From Octopus bimaculoides (taxonomy: Eukaryota): a stretch of DNA of 64,000 nt. The stretch is from the NCBI RefSeq assembly GCF_001194135.2, contig NC_068983.1:30492732-30556731 (forward strand). Reading direction: 5' to 3'. The notes beneath the pieces were generated by a model. That model was not told the origin of the DNA. It did not search any database and saw only the letters and a list, made by a program, of their open reading frames with translations. This document shows positions 40,801-49,709 of the stretch, piece by piece (position 1 is the stretch's first letter; the number at the start of each line of letters is the position of its first letter). Both the position numbers and the translations under genes were made by a program.

Positions 40801-43466
40801 TTCGGCTTTCAAACCAACACTCTGCAGCCACTGAAGGGTTCTTCTTATATCTACATCAGCTTCCCCAGCTCGTTCGGGGTATTGCCCATGCAATGGTTTT
40901 CCTTGCCTCAGACTTGATATTTTACACTTTTTTGCTGCTTCAGTGGGTGGTGCATTCTCCTTATTTATTATCATTATTATTAAATCTGATTTCAAATTCC
41001 GCCGAGGTCGAGTTTGCCTTTCATCCTTTCGGGGTCGATAAATTAAGTAACAATGAAGCACTGGGGTCGATGTAATCGACTACCCCCACTCCCTCAAATA
41101 TCAGGCTTTGTGCCCATAGTAGGAAGGGTTATTATTAAGGCGGCGAGCTAGCACGAGTATTAACACGACGGGGGTCGATGAAATAAGCATCAGTTGAGCA
41201 CTGGGATCGATTAAATCAACGAGCTCCCTTCTCTTGTAAGTGCCAGAATTTCAGACCATTATTATTAAGATGGTGAGCTGGCAGAATTGTTAGCACGCCG
41301 GACAAAAAGCTTAGCGGCATTTCGACCGTCTTTATGTCCTGAGTCCAAATTCCGTCGCGGTTGACTTTGCTTTTTATCCTCTTTGGATCAATGAAATAAG
41401 TACCAGTTGACACTGGAGGTCGATGTAATCGACCTATCCTCCCCCAAAATTGCTGGCCCTAGGCCAAAATTTGAAGCCATTATTATTATTATTATTATTA
41501 TTATAGTGGCGGAACCGTAAAGCGGTGGCCGCTAATTTCCACACCCTAAAGCAATCATCGATTTCGAAGAAATATTATTATAGGCTTGTCGTGAACGGAG
41601 AGAATTCTATCTGAACGTTTTTAGAAATGGCCTACTGATACATACTGATCACCTACTCTCAACAAATGTCTGTTAAATTTGTGGTCTATTCTTTATACCC
41701 TTTCGACTAAGTCACAAACAACTATATCGATCACAATAACTACAATACAATTCAATTTACTGGCCATGGTTAATGAGAATTAGCCTAACTGGTGCTGGTA
41801 TGTGTATGTGTCTACACCAGTGTGTCTGTGTGTCTATACCTGCGTGTGTGTCTATACCCGCGTGTCTGTGTCTACACCTGTGTGTCTGTGTCTACACCTG
41901 TGTGTATATTCTCGTGTGTCTACACCAGTGTGTGTGCTCGCGTGTGTCTACACCAGTGAGTGTGCATGCGTATCTCTACACTAGTGTGTGTGTCTACACC
42001 AATGCGTGAATGTACGTGCGTGTCTACACCAATGCGTGTGTGTGTGTGCGTGCGTGCGTGCGTGTGTCTACACCAATGCGTGTGTCTACAACAAAGCGTG
42101 TGTGTCTACATCAATGTGTGTGTGTGCATGCGTCTATACCTGTGTGCGTGTGTGTCTACACTTGTGTACGTGCGTGTCTACACTTATGTGAGTGTGTACG
42201 TGCATGCGTATGCCTACACTTGTGTGTGTGTGTGTGTGTGCGTGTGTCTACACCAATGCGTGTGTGTGTGTGTGTGCGTGCGTGTGTGCGTGCGTGTGTC
42301 TACACCTGTATGTGTGTGTCTACACCTGTATGTGTGTGTCTACACCTGTCTGTGTGTGTCTACACCTGTCTCTGTGTGTGCGTGCGTGTGTCTACACCTG
42401 TGTACGTGCGTGTCTACACTTATGTGAGTGTGTACGTGCATGCGTATGCCTACACTTGTGTGTGTGTGTGTGTATGTCTACACCAATGTGTGTGTGTCTA
42501 CACCAGTGTGTGTGTGTGTGTGTGTGTTTATCTGCGCGCGCGCGTAAACTATGAGCTTCATGTTTTCGAGTGTTTAAATGATTAAACAAATATAGCAGTT
42601 GGATATTATGTAAACATTTGAAAATACATCGAGATGTTATTAGTTAACAGAACATCGATATTTGATTGGTTGGAATGTAAACCGTTTGAAAATGCGTCTC
42701 ATTTTCATTTATTCATTGTCATGTACAAACATACATAATACTTTAAATTATTCAGTATTATGCGCACCCCCCCCCCTTTTTTTTTTTGCTTCTTCAGTAC
42801 TGTGTACAACCTCTCCACCCACATATGAGCAAAGATATATTAATAAATAAAACAATCAACTCTTGTTAATGAAGATTTTGTATCAATGAATTTAGAAATG
42901 TTTTCGAGATATGGAAACAATTAAAATGTTCCTTGTTAGAAGATATGCCGGATATGCGCTCACTGACGTTATCTTGTTTGCTGAAGGATGGTTGGAATTT
43001 ATAGTAATGAACAAGAATTCCTACTATCCTCAGGCATTTAACTACACTCATATCCGACATAACCTCTGCCGATAAATCTTTTAATCGTGCAGCTCATTAA
43101 TGCAACGGCACATTAAAAGACAGTGGCTCACAAAATAGAACACATTACATAAAAAACAACATTAATATTCATTAACACAAAATTGGCAAAGATGAAATGG
43201 TTCAGTCATCCTTAAAGTTGAAATGTTCTTTCTAATTTTGCTAAAATTTTCGTACAGCTATATCTTACCTTAACATTATGTACGAAAATTGTCTCTACTT
43301 TCACTACTTCTATATCCTGTATGACCGTTTCCAACACAAGTACACAAAGCCTCCTTCTGCTACATGCTTCTAACAACCCTAATATCTCCCCATTCAGTAG
43401 TACATCTCTTTCAAAGGCGTTTATCGGTCCAAGTTTTTTTTGCTTACGGATTACAGTGAAATAAAG

Positions 43467-43523
<57 letters not shown>

Positions 43524-46360
43524 CTCGCTAAAACTCTTTTTAAAACGGTTTTTGCGACACCTGTATACATATAAACTTAGAGAAAACTAGTAGTAATACC
43601 CGTCGTTGATCGGGTAATTATTTTTACTCTTTCTCGGGAGCCACATTCAAAGTGTTATTATATATAGAGAGATTTACTCCTCCTGTATGTGTGTATTTTA
43701 TAAGAAATTTTGTAAGAATCGTTCAACGTGCTGCACAGTAGGACTGAACCCATGGTGACATGGTTGGAAAGCAAGCTTCTCAACCACACAGCCACGCCTA
43801 TAAAGGAGAGATACATTTTGGATAATATACTCCTTGATACAATATGCTTAACAAAAAGATGGGATGTTTACGGCGAGAAAACCATTGATTTTAATATTTA
43901 CTCGAGCAACGTAACAACTAACAACGCTACACTATACTGGGTGTTCCAGAATTAACAATCTGCTTCAATGAAATTCAGCAAATTTTTAAAAAGCTGACAG
44001 AATTTTATGTTTATTATCAAAACAAATAGATTTATAAATCTTACGTCAAACTTTTATTGAAAATTTTCAACGTCTGTATCCCTGCATACTTCAAATCTCT
44101 CTTTAGCGTTGGGAAACACGTTTTGAAACATTTCAGGAGTTAGCTCCTGCACTGCTAACTGAATGTGTCCTTTAAGCTCAGCTAAATGATTGCTCCATCT
44201 TTGGGATGGAGGTAAAGAAAATGATTGCTGTTGAATTGAAAAAAAGCTGTCATGGATAAATAAGAGGGATCCGACAGGAATGAGAATAAGATTATAAACA
44301 AAATTCAAAATTTATACACGTTTAACACATATTAAACGTGATAAACATAAATAAAAGTGAGGTTTTAGAAAAATGCATCGGATTTCACACAAATCATCAT
44401 TGATTCTTAATTCTGTATTTACTCGACCGACTAATCGGGGATGGGAACACGGAGGCGGGGTGACTAACTGCAGGTGGTGATTGTAGCTTCTGGTCACGCG
44501 GTCAAACTCGAATGGCCGCGAGTCACAACAGTTAGCAGTTTTTTTTTTTTTTTTGTATGAACATTTTGCATTATATAGTTCAGACATAGATGACATAGAA
44601 AGCGGACATGTTGCCGGGCCATGCTGCGTTGCACAGGATTGAAAACGTGAAACATCAACAGGGCACTTCTGGAGGATGGATGAATGGGTTTGTTGTGCCT
44701 TTACCCAGCCGCGCACACGCACATGGCCCGGTGGTGCGTGGGATGGTAACATGAAGCTTCAACAGGGTACCAACAAAAATTTTAATGTTCTTCTCATTTC
44801 CTCTACCAAATTGGACAAAAAGGTTTTCATAAAATATTATACACTACTTACAATGCATAAGTAGTGTCAATATTTTATTGTTGGAAAATGGCCTAAAACA
44901 AAGATAAAACCCAGTTACTAGATTAATTAATCACTTTCCTTTCCTCAAGATTTCAAGTGTGACCTATCTCTCCCTCTTCCCGCTCTGCAGTCGTTTGCAA
45001 TTTTGAACGAAAGGTTTGAAATTTTAACTTGCAGTTATTTCTAAGTATATAATGAGACATTTCCAGTTACCAACTGGCTAACAAGTTTAACTTCCGAGCA
45101 ATGGATTTACTATACCCAACTACATAGTTATGTACTTCCAAAATATTCCTATATTCACCATCATTATAGCTTCGTTAACGAGAGACCAAGATATTTAGAA
45201 CGCTGAAATGTCCAAGTCTAGCTAGCTATAAAACCACGGGGTGGAGGATAAAAATCCTTGCTGCTGTAGAATTAATGAATGTTTCAATAGCTCAATTTCT
45301 GTTTTTCTATTTGTTATATCAAAAAGTCTTCAGCTGTGCTCAATACGATAGGCATATCCCCACACTCTATAGAGGTGTCCAGTGTAGATAAAAGAACACA
45401 TTTTATATTCGAGAATATCTTAGATTTATAATGATTTCTAATATTGGGCCAAAATTGAAAATGTAGATAGAACTCTAGTTATATTTCACACATTCGAGTG
45501 TTTTCGGAAGTAATACCACCTTCCATTGCGGAAATAGTGCCGAGATTCTCTACAAAGCGAAAGGTCTTATCAGGTCCGAATACATTCGAACGTGTTAAAT
45601 ATAACTTTACACAAATATTTGTTTTCAACGTCATTTCGTGCGGCATCATTAATTTAATTATACCTAAACTCCGAGTGCATGACAAGTAATTATTTAAATC
45701 ACAATGGAAAGTCAAGGACAAAATCGATCCCAGCTGGATTTGAACTCAGAACTCGTCAAGATGGAAATAAATTTTCTAAGATATCCAATACGGTGTTCTA
45801 CCATCTCTACCACTTGTTCGCATTTTGTTTGCCATAAATATTCCAAGTAGCTTAAAGATGGAAGAAGACTATTAAAACATAAAAGCGAAAACAGTTGATC
45901 GTTTGTTTTAAAGAAATATTTTCAGGAACAAATAGTTTTAACAGCGACGAGGAAATATTCTTAAACTTTCTTAGTAAAAAGGTAAGAAGTAGAATTATAT
46001 ATACATGGACGAATTATTTCAAGTAGTATTTTATTTCAAATATGTAAAACCGTTTCGTTTTTTTGGCAATTTAACAAAACTTTTCGTTACTCATCAACCG
46101 AAAATGTTCGTCAGACAGGAAAGTCATATTACTGAATTATGACAGTTATGCTGTTAGCAGATTATAGGCTAATATATACTTAACTATTTTATTTATCCAT
46201 TTCCACAAAATGAAATGAAAGATTCAGCTAGCCTTTCATCAGTGTTTAATATATAAACACACAAATATAACTTTTGTTTTTGTCTGCTAGAATCCGTTTC
46301 AGTTGTTCTCACCCACCCCTTACTCCATCTCTCTCTCACTCTTGTGTGTGTGTATATATG

Positions 46361-46397
<37 letters not shown>

Positions 46398-46682
46398 AGA
46401 GTGTTAGGTGTGATGTACAGAATTAAATATTGAAAAGAAAAGTCGTCAGAATTTTGGAATAACTTCTTTCATTTATTTTACACATATATTAGCGCTTTCG
46501 TTCGTCTTTCGAACTTGTCAAATATAATTCTGTGAAAATACAGAGATCTTGCTTATTTATATAAGACAGGTGTTTTTTTTGTTTTGTTTATAACANNNNN
46601 NNNNNNNNNNNNNNNNNNNNNNNNNNNNNNNNNNNNNNNNNNNNNNNNNNNNNNNNNNNNNNNNNNNNNNNNNNNNNNNNNN

Positions 46683-46737
<55 letters not shown>

Positions 46738-49215
46738 AAACATTAGGTACAAAATAACAAGGAACAGATGAGGAAATTTTTTTCATTATCAACTGTCTAT
46801 TCTTCGGAATATTCGTGGTTCCACTGCATTAAGGTATTATCACATATCCCAGGGGCGCCAACAACATTAGATACAGCTGTTATGGAACTATGAAATAAAG
46901 ATGACCCACAAAAAACATGAATACTTTGTATGTCTAGGACATGAGAAAAGAAGAAAAAATATATTTAACTTTTACCACCGAAATGAGACAAAACGTAACA
47001 AGCTAGCACAAAGCGTATATATCTCTGCCGCTGAAGGAAAAATGAAATATTGAATGTTAAGTCTTAAACATATAATAGAAATGTTTTTTTATATTTCATC
47101 CCTTTAGTTGCAATAACAGTATTCGGTACACTTTCCAGAAAGTCGATATTTTAAAATATACCGCCTTCATAGCTAAAATATTATTTAGTGAGAGAACAGC
47201 TCACGCCATCAAAGTGACGCCGGGGTACAAATATACGAAGCATAATATACACATCATGACTACCCGTCTGATAAGGGTACATCAGGTACACGCATTACAA
47301 TCATATGTGCTGACCTCATATCAAGATAAACAGCGCATGACCTAGAATTTTCTTCAGGTGGAGTAGCCATCCCGGTCAAAAGATTCCTGAATAAGAGTTA
47401 TTTACAGGTGTTGAACGAAATGCTCATGTTTCCATTGGTGAATTATTTAAACCCCAAAGAATTCCTATCAACACATAGTTATGACGCTCCCGCGCTTCTC
47501 CTGCTCGTGACTAGAGATGCACATATCGTCAGCCACCAAGAGACATGCTCAACTGATTATGATCAAGCAAAGGCAAGCAAATCTGTGGTAATGAACAGAA
47601 TATTTGCTGTAGCTCATCTTTTGCACCGGCACAATAATAATGATTATTATTATTGATATGTAATAGATCATTTGGAGTTCTAAGTTAAATCAAAGTGTTA
47701 CGAGACACTTTTATACTATACTATAAAATACTGTGTGTATTTGTGTATGCCTCTTGTCTAAAAGTCTATGAGTTACATAAAACAGTTACTAATATGTAAG
47801 TTAATAGAGTAGGTATGTACAGGGTGCGGTGAATAAATTATCTAAATTATGCAAAACTGAAAATAACACTAACATCTCGTTTTAACGGATATATTTACCA
47901 AAATTATATTAAAATACCTTGAAATACTAAAGAGTAGATTTATTCAATAAAATCGCCATTGGCTTCAACCACAGCCTCCAGACGACTTCGGAATCTCTCG
48001 CAACTCTTCTGGACAGTCTCCTTGTTTAAATTGGTGAATGCTGCCATAATCCTTGCTTTGAGTTCATCCTTGGTGTTATAAGGAGTTTTTCAAAAGACTC
48101 CTTCAAAAACTCCAATTTCTCGTTCCTGAACTATTAACAAACAAAATGGGGGAGATTGAAAAAGAGGATAAAATTTTCATCAAATCTGACAAGAAAGTAA
48201 AAACTCATACGAAAAAAAAAAAAACCTGAATTCAACAAAATCTCTCAACATTAATTCGTCTCTACAATCAGATACAAAGAATTTTGGCGTAATGAAATAC
48301 CTTGGTGAAATACCTAGCTATGGATGACTAGTAATAATTTATAGTGATGGAAAAAATTTATTACATTAGGTATAGCTTTGAATCAATCGATGACCTCTAG
48401 ATTATGGCTCAGTGGATGTAAATATGATACTTTCATGATATTCGTTATGATTCTAGGCTGTATGTGCTTGCTTCTGTTCCCTATATCCTTTTTTCCCGTG
48501 GTCTCGGGAATTGTTAAATCTAAAGGAGAAAGTTTACGATTAAATTGTATTTGTGCTTTTTAAATGTAAAAACGGTTGGTGGTGACTCAAAGTTTGGTTA
48601 TGTCAACTGAACAAAATTCTTATGTGATTATTTTTCCCTAGTGGTTAATGTCATTACAAGTATTCCCTTTCGTTTTTTTGTTTTTGTATTTTTTTTGTAT
48701 GCTTTCGTAATAGCTACTCCCAAATCATTACTCCCATCTGACATCCTTTTACTCGCCCAGCAAACTTCAGTTAAATGCAGCAAAATGATAAGGAGAGCTT
48801 TCATCAATCTGTCTCATAGGCCCTGAAAGCTGTTTGGGAAGCAACCATTTTCCTCAACGTAATAAAAGCAAAAATTAATCGTAACCTTCTGTTCACAACT
48901 GAAATTAACAAGAACTAAACTGAAATTTACCGCACTAAATTTAATCAATATCTTTTACCGACCATTTTTTCTTCTCATCTGTTGCAGATTTTCTATAAGT
49001 ATAATACATTTGTAACTTCTAATCTTCTGCTCATTACTAACAAACAGTCGTGTTTGTTATTTCAGATGTGAACGAATGCTTATATCCCGATCTACACGAC
49101 TGTTCAGTTTATGCCTGGTGCATTAATACGAATGGAAGTTACCTATGTTATTGTAAAGAGGAGTTCCAAGACACATCGCCGAGATTGCTGGAAGAACCAG
49201 GCAAAATATGTTCAG
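1271..49215 (+). CDS. Partial multi-exon gene: (EB/EGF-like)x3 - EGF - SEA - cbEGF extracellular mucin-like glycoprotein; join(1271..1456,2532..2669,5743..5883,8359..8529,17637..17779,35984..36159,40581..>40637,49066..49215)
   Basis: All exons have AG acceptors; seven have visible GT donors (the exon 7 donor lies in an N gap). Phases chain consistently (1-1 x4, 1-0, 0-2, 2-[1], 1-1) and the joined translation gives recognisable domains with 12 N-x-S/T sequons. No signal peptide or TM found in the window. Confidence 0.85.
2532..2669 (+). CDS. Exon, EB/EGF-like 6-Cys module ([45 protein letters not shown])
   Basis: Acceptor cttatttccag|tg, donor tctt|gtgagt, 138 nt, phase 1-1. Confidence 0.9.
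3290..3987 (-). mobile_element. Tc1/mariner (maT/DD37D-like) transposon 5' half, decayed
   Basis: Terminus ta|cagggtcttgcag. Translated pieces [54 protein letters not shown]. Truncated at a (TA)n tract. Confidence 0.8.
5146..5515 (-). mobile_element. tRNA-derived SINE with (CAA)n tail (ggaggcgcaatggcccagtgg family); + strand copy at about 50721-51010
   Basis: A and B boxes, shared body aacacctaaagctccacgaggctccggcagg, tail ggagtgccaacaacaa. Confidence 0.85.
5743..5883 (+). CDS. Exon, EB/EGF-like 6-Cys module ([46 protein letters not shown])
   Basis: Long polypyrimidine tract, tttttgcag|tg, donor tcac|gtaagt, 141 nt, phase 1-1. Confidence 0.9.
5909..6340 (-). mobile_element. Tandem pair of Nin/Deu-like SINEs starting about 25 nt after the exon 3 donor
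   Basis: Two antisense units separated by (AAT)n. Confidence 0.8.
8359..8529 (+). CDS. Exon, Pro-rich linker + EGF domain ([56 protein letters not shown])
   Basis: Acceptor ctctccacattgcag|gc, donor atag|gtatgt, 171 nt, phase 1-1. EGF spacing with CQCxPGY. Confidence 0.9.
9912..10334. mobile_element. Palindromic (foldback) element: about 180-bp inverted arms with Penelope-type hammerhead motifs around a tRNA-like Pol III head
   Basis: Arms 9912-10095 and about 10161-10334 are near-perfect reverse complements. Centre has palindrome tatgcccgtgggcata, A box tggcgtagtgg (10111-10121) and B box gagttcgattc (10154-10164). Confidence 0.85.
10245..10290 (+). ncRNA. Minimal type-I hammerhead ribozyme-like motif (right arm); mirror copy at 9956-10010 on -
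   Basis: GACAC-CUGAAG(C)A-GGCUG/CAGCC stem II-GAAA-CG-UU-GUGUU. Stem I GACAC/GUGUU, palindromic stem III ACGU, GUU triplet. Right copy has A9>C; left copy has an intact core plus a 9-nt duplication. Confidence 0.6.
10560..10845 (-). mobile_element. RTE-clade LINE 3' fragment
   Basis: [10 protein letters not shown]...[20 protein letters not shown]...DRKVWR. Confidence 0.75.
12480..13000 (-). mobile_element. Tx1/L1-clade LINE 3'-end fragment
   Basis: Minus-strand frames give [49 protein letters not shown], consistent with a Tx1 ORF2 C-terminus; GC-richer than the flanks. Confidence 0.7.
16770..17075 (+). mobile_element. DNA transposase fragment, Chapaev3-like (CMC)
   Basis: [26 protein letters not shown]...[19 protein letters not shown] matches the recalled LLGQQ.GYTKYPC / LPPLHIKLGLMKQFVK motifs. 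Family name assigned from memory. Confidence 0.7.
17637..17779 (+). CDS. Exon, SEA domain N-terminal part ([48 protein letters not shown])
   Basis: Acceptor ttcatttcttttcag|ag, donor ggg|gtgagt, phase 1-0. Beta-strand followed by a Y..EY.N..S..Y helix pattern typical of SEA. Confidence 0.8.
20552..20897. mobile_element. hAT (Charlie-type) MITE with 8-bp TSD; related copy about 33057-33306
   Basis: TIRs caatggttctc / ggttgagaacccctg. Flanks gtgtagga (20544-20551) and gagtagga (20898-20905) match at 7/8. Confidence 0.8.
21500..21960 (-). mobile_element. RTE-clade LINE fragment
   Basis: [33 protein letters not shown], a degenerate LLYG.ETW...F...CLR.IL.I motif. Confidence 0.7.
22567..22962. 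mobile_element. hAT-derived non-autonomous element
   Basis: Imperfect TIRs tagggccggatta / taatccagtactg. Minus strand has [14 protein letters not shown], resembling a hAT C-terminus. No TSD seen. Confidence 0.5.
24768..24814. repeat. (TG)n microsatellite (others at about 34516, 46683, 43470 (TA)n, 59502 (ACT)n)
   Basis: Directly visible. Confidence 0.9.
30820..31428 (+). mobile_element. Head-to-tail array of three Nin/Deu-like SINEs
   Basis: Same unit as 59560-60247, linked by attatt tails. Confidence 0.85.
33925..34325 (+). mobile_element. Tandem pair of Nin/Deu-like SINEs
   Basis: Two units separated by attattatt. Confidence 0.75.
34344..34833. other. Identical 240-bp duplication around a 10-N gap (probable assembly artefact)
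   Basis: 34344-34583 equals 34594-34833, separated by N at 34584-34593. Confidence 0.8.
35984..36159 (+). CDS. Exon, SEA domain middle part ([58 protein letters not shown])
   Basis: Acceptor ttttttcttgcag|ata, donor aaag|gtaagt, phase 0-2. Continues the previous exon in frame across an 18.2 kb intron. Confidence 0.85.
36230..36360. repeat. Compound (TCT)/(TTCTTCGTCTTCTTTTTC)n, (TCG)n, (ATT)n repeat 70 nt after the exon 6 donor
   Basis: Directly visible; source of the poly-R ORF on -. Confidence 0.9.
36830..38745 (+). mobile_element. Old degenerate Tx1/L1-clade LINE (linker, RT, C-terminal CCHC)
   Basis: Frameshifted translation parallels the young copy: RLFS...[70 protein letters not shown]. 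Confidence 0.88.
40581..40637 (+). CDS. Exon (3' end lost in N gap), SEA domain C-terminal part ([R][19 protein letters not shown]...)
   Basis: Acceptor tttatttcag|g with the required phase 2. NGKVG resembles the NG.lG end of SEA domains. The donor must lie in gap 40638-40721. Confidence 0.65.
40722..40950 (-). mobile_element. R4/Dong-like (RLE-type) non-LTR retrotransposon fragment
   Basis: [10 protein letters not shown]...[32 protein letters not shown]. Clade inferred from the ETEG..AAQDQ motif. Confidence 0.7.
40985..41490 (+). mobile_element. Head-to-tail array of Nin/Deu-like SINEs (partial + deleted + full)
   Basis: Repeated ggggtcgat cores and ggcggcgagct heads after attatt tails. 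Confidence 0.8.
41790..42545. repeat. Cryptic minisatellite of gtgtgtctacacc motifs in a (GT)n matrix
   Basis: Dozens of gtctacac motifs and an internal ~90-bp duplication. Explains the C/V-rich ORFs in all three + frames. Confidence 0.9.
43586..43672 (-). mobile_element. 87-bp non-autonomous Helitron-like element
   Basis: A|TC...TATATAATAA start, subterminal hairpin tacccg/cgggta (43596-43615), CTAG|T end. Confidence 0.6.
43937..44260 (-). mobile_element. Tc1/mariner transposase C-terminal fragment
   Basis: Terminus ta|ctgggtgttcc. Minus frame reads [34 protein letters not shown]. Confidence 0.65.
46485..46526 (-). ncRNA. Decayed minimal hammerhead ribozyme-like motif (Penelope-like terminus)
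   Basis: UAUAU-UUGACAA-GUUCG/CGAAC-GAAA-GCGCU-A-AUAUA. All three stems intact, two core substitutions, followed by AATAAA. Confidence 0.4.
47188..47610. mobile_element. Interspersed repeat (probable SINE/LINE-derived family)
   Basis: GC-richer block catcatgactacccgtctgataagggtac...gatgcacatatcgtcagccac, recalled as a common Octopus repeat; not verified. Confidence 0.4.
47820..48090 (-). mobile_element. Mariner (maT-like) transposon 3'-end fragment
   Basis: Terminus ta|cagggtgcgg. Minus frame reads [49 protein letters not shown]. Confidence 0.8.
49066..49215 (+). CDS. Exon, calcium-binding EGF domain ([50 protein letters not shown])
   Basis: Acceptor gttatttcag|at, donor tcag|gtatac, 150 nt, phase 1-1. 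DVNEC motif and the CxNxxGSYxC beta-hydroxylation consensus. Confidence 0.92.
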
Positions 49216-49246
49216 GTATACTCTTATGTTGATTTTATACACTCTT

Positions 49247-49462
49247 GAGTGGCTGTGTGGTGAGTAGCTAGGCGCAGGAGTGGCTGTGTGGTAAGAGTAG
49301 CTTGCTTACCAACCACATGGTTCTGGGTTCAGTCCCACTGCGTGGCACCTTGGGCAAGTGTCTTCTACTATAGCCTCGGGTCGACCAAAGCCTTGTGAAT
49401 GGATTTGGTAGACGGAAACTGAAAGAAGCCCGTCGTATGCATGCGTATATATATATATATAT

Positions 49463-49500
<38 letters not shown>

Positions 49501-49709
49501 TTGTGTGTCTGGGTTTGTCCCCCCCAGCATCGCTTGACGACCTATGCTGGTGAGTTTACGTCCCCATAACTTTGCGGTTCGGCCAAATAGACCGACAGAA
49601 TAAGTACTAGACTTACAACGAATAAGTCCTGGGGTCGATTTGCTCGACAAAAGGCGGTGCTCCAGCATGGCCGCAGTCAAATGACTGAAACAAGTAGAGT
49701 AAAAGAATA
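49247..49709 (+). mobile_element. Full-length composite SINE (tRNA head, CORE-like domain, internal (TA)/(TG) microsatellite, conserved 3' half)
   Basis: ggcgcaggagtggctgtgtggt...ccttgggcaagtgtcttc...(TG)n...tccagcatggccgcagtcaaatgactgaaac. Other copies at about 7590, 8780, 14010, 18940, 29021-29570, 34335-34975, 51640 and 53200. Confidence 0.85.

Noticed and set aside
41773-42585. Long Cys/Val-rich ORFs in several frames
   Set aside because: They are translations of the (GT)n-derived minisatellite.
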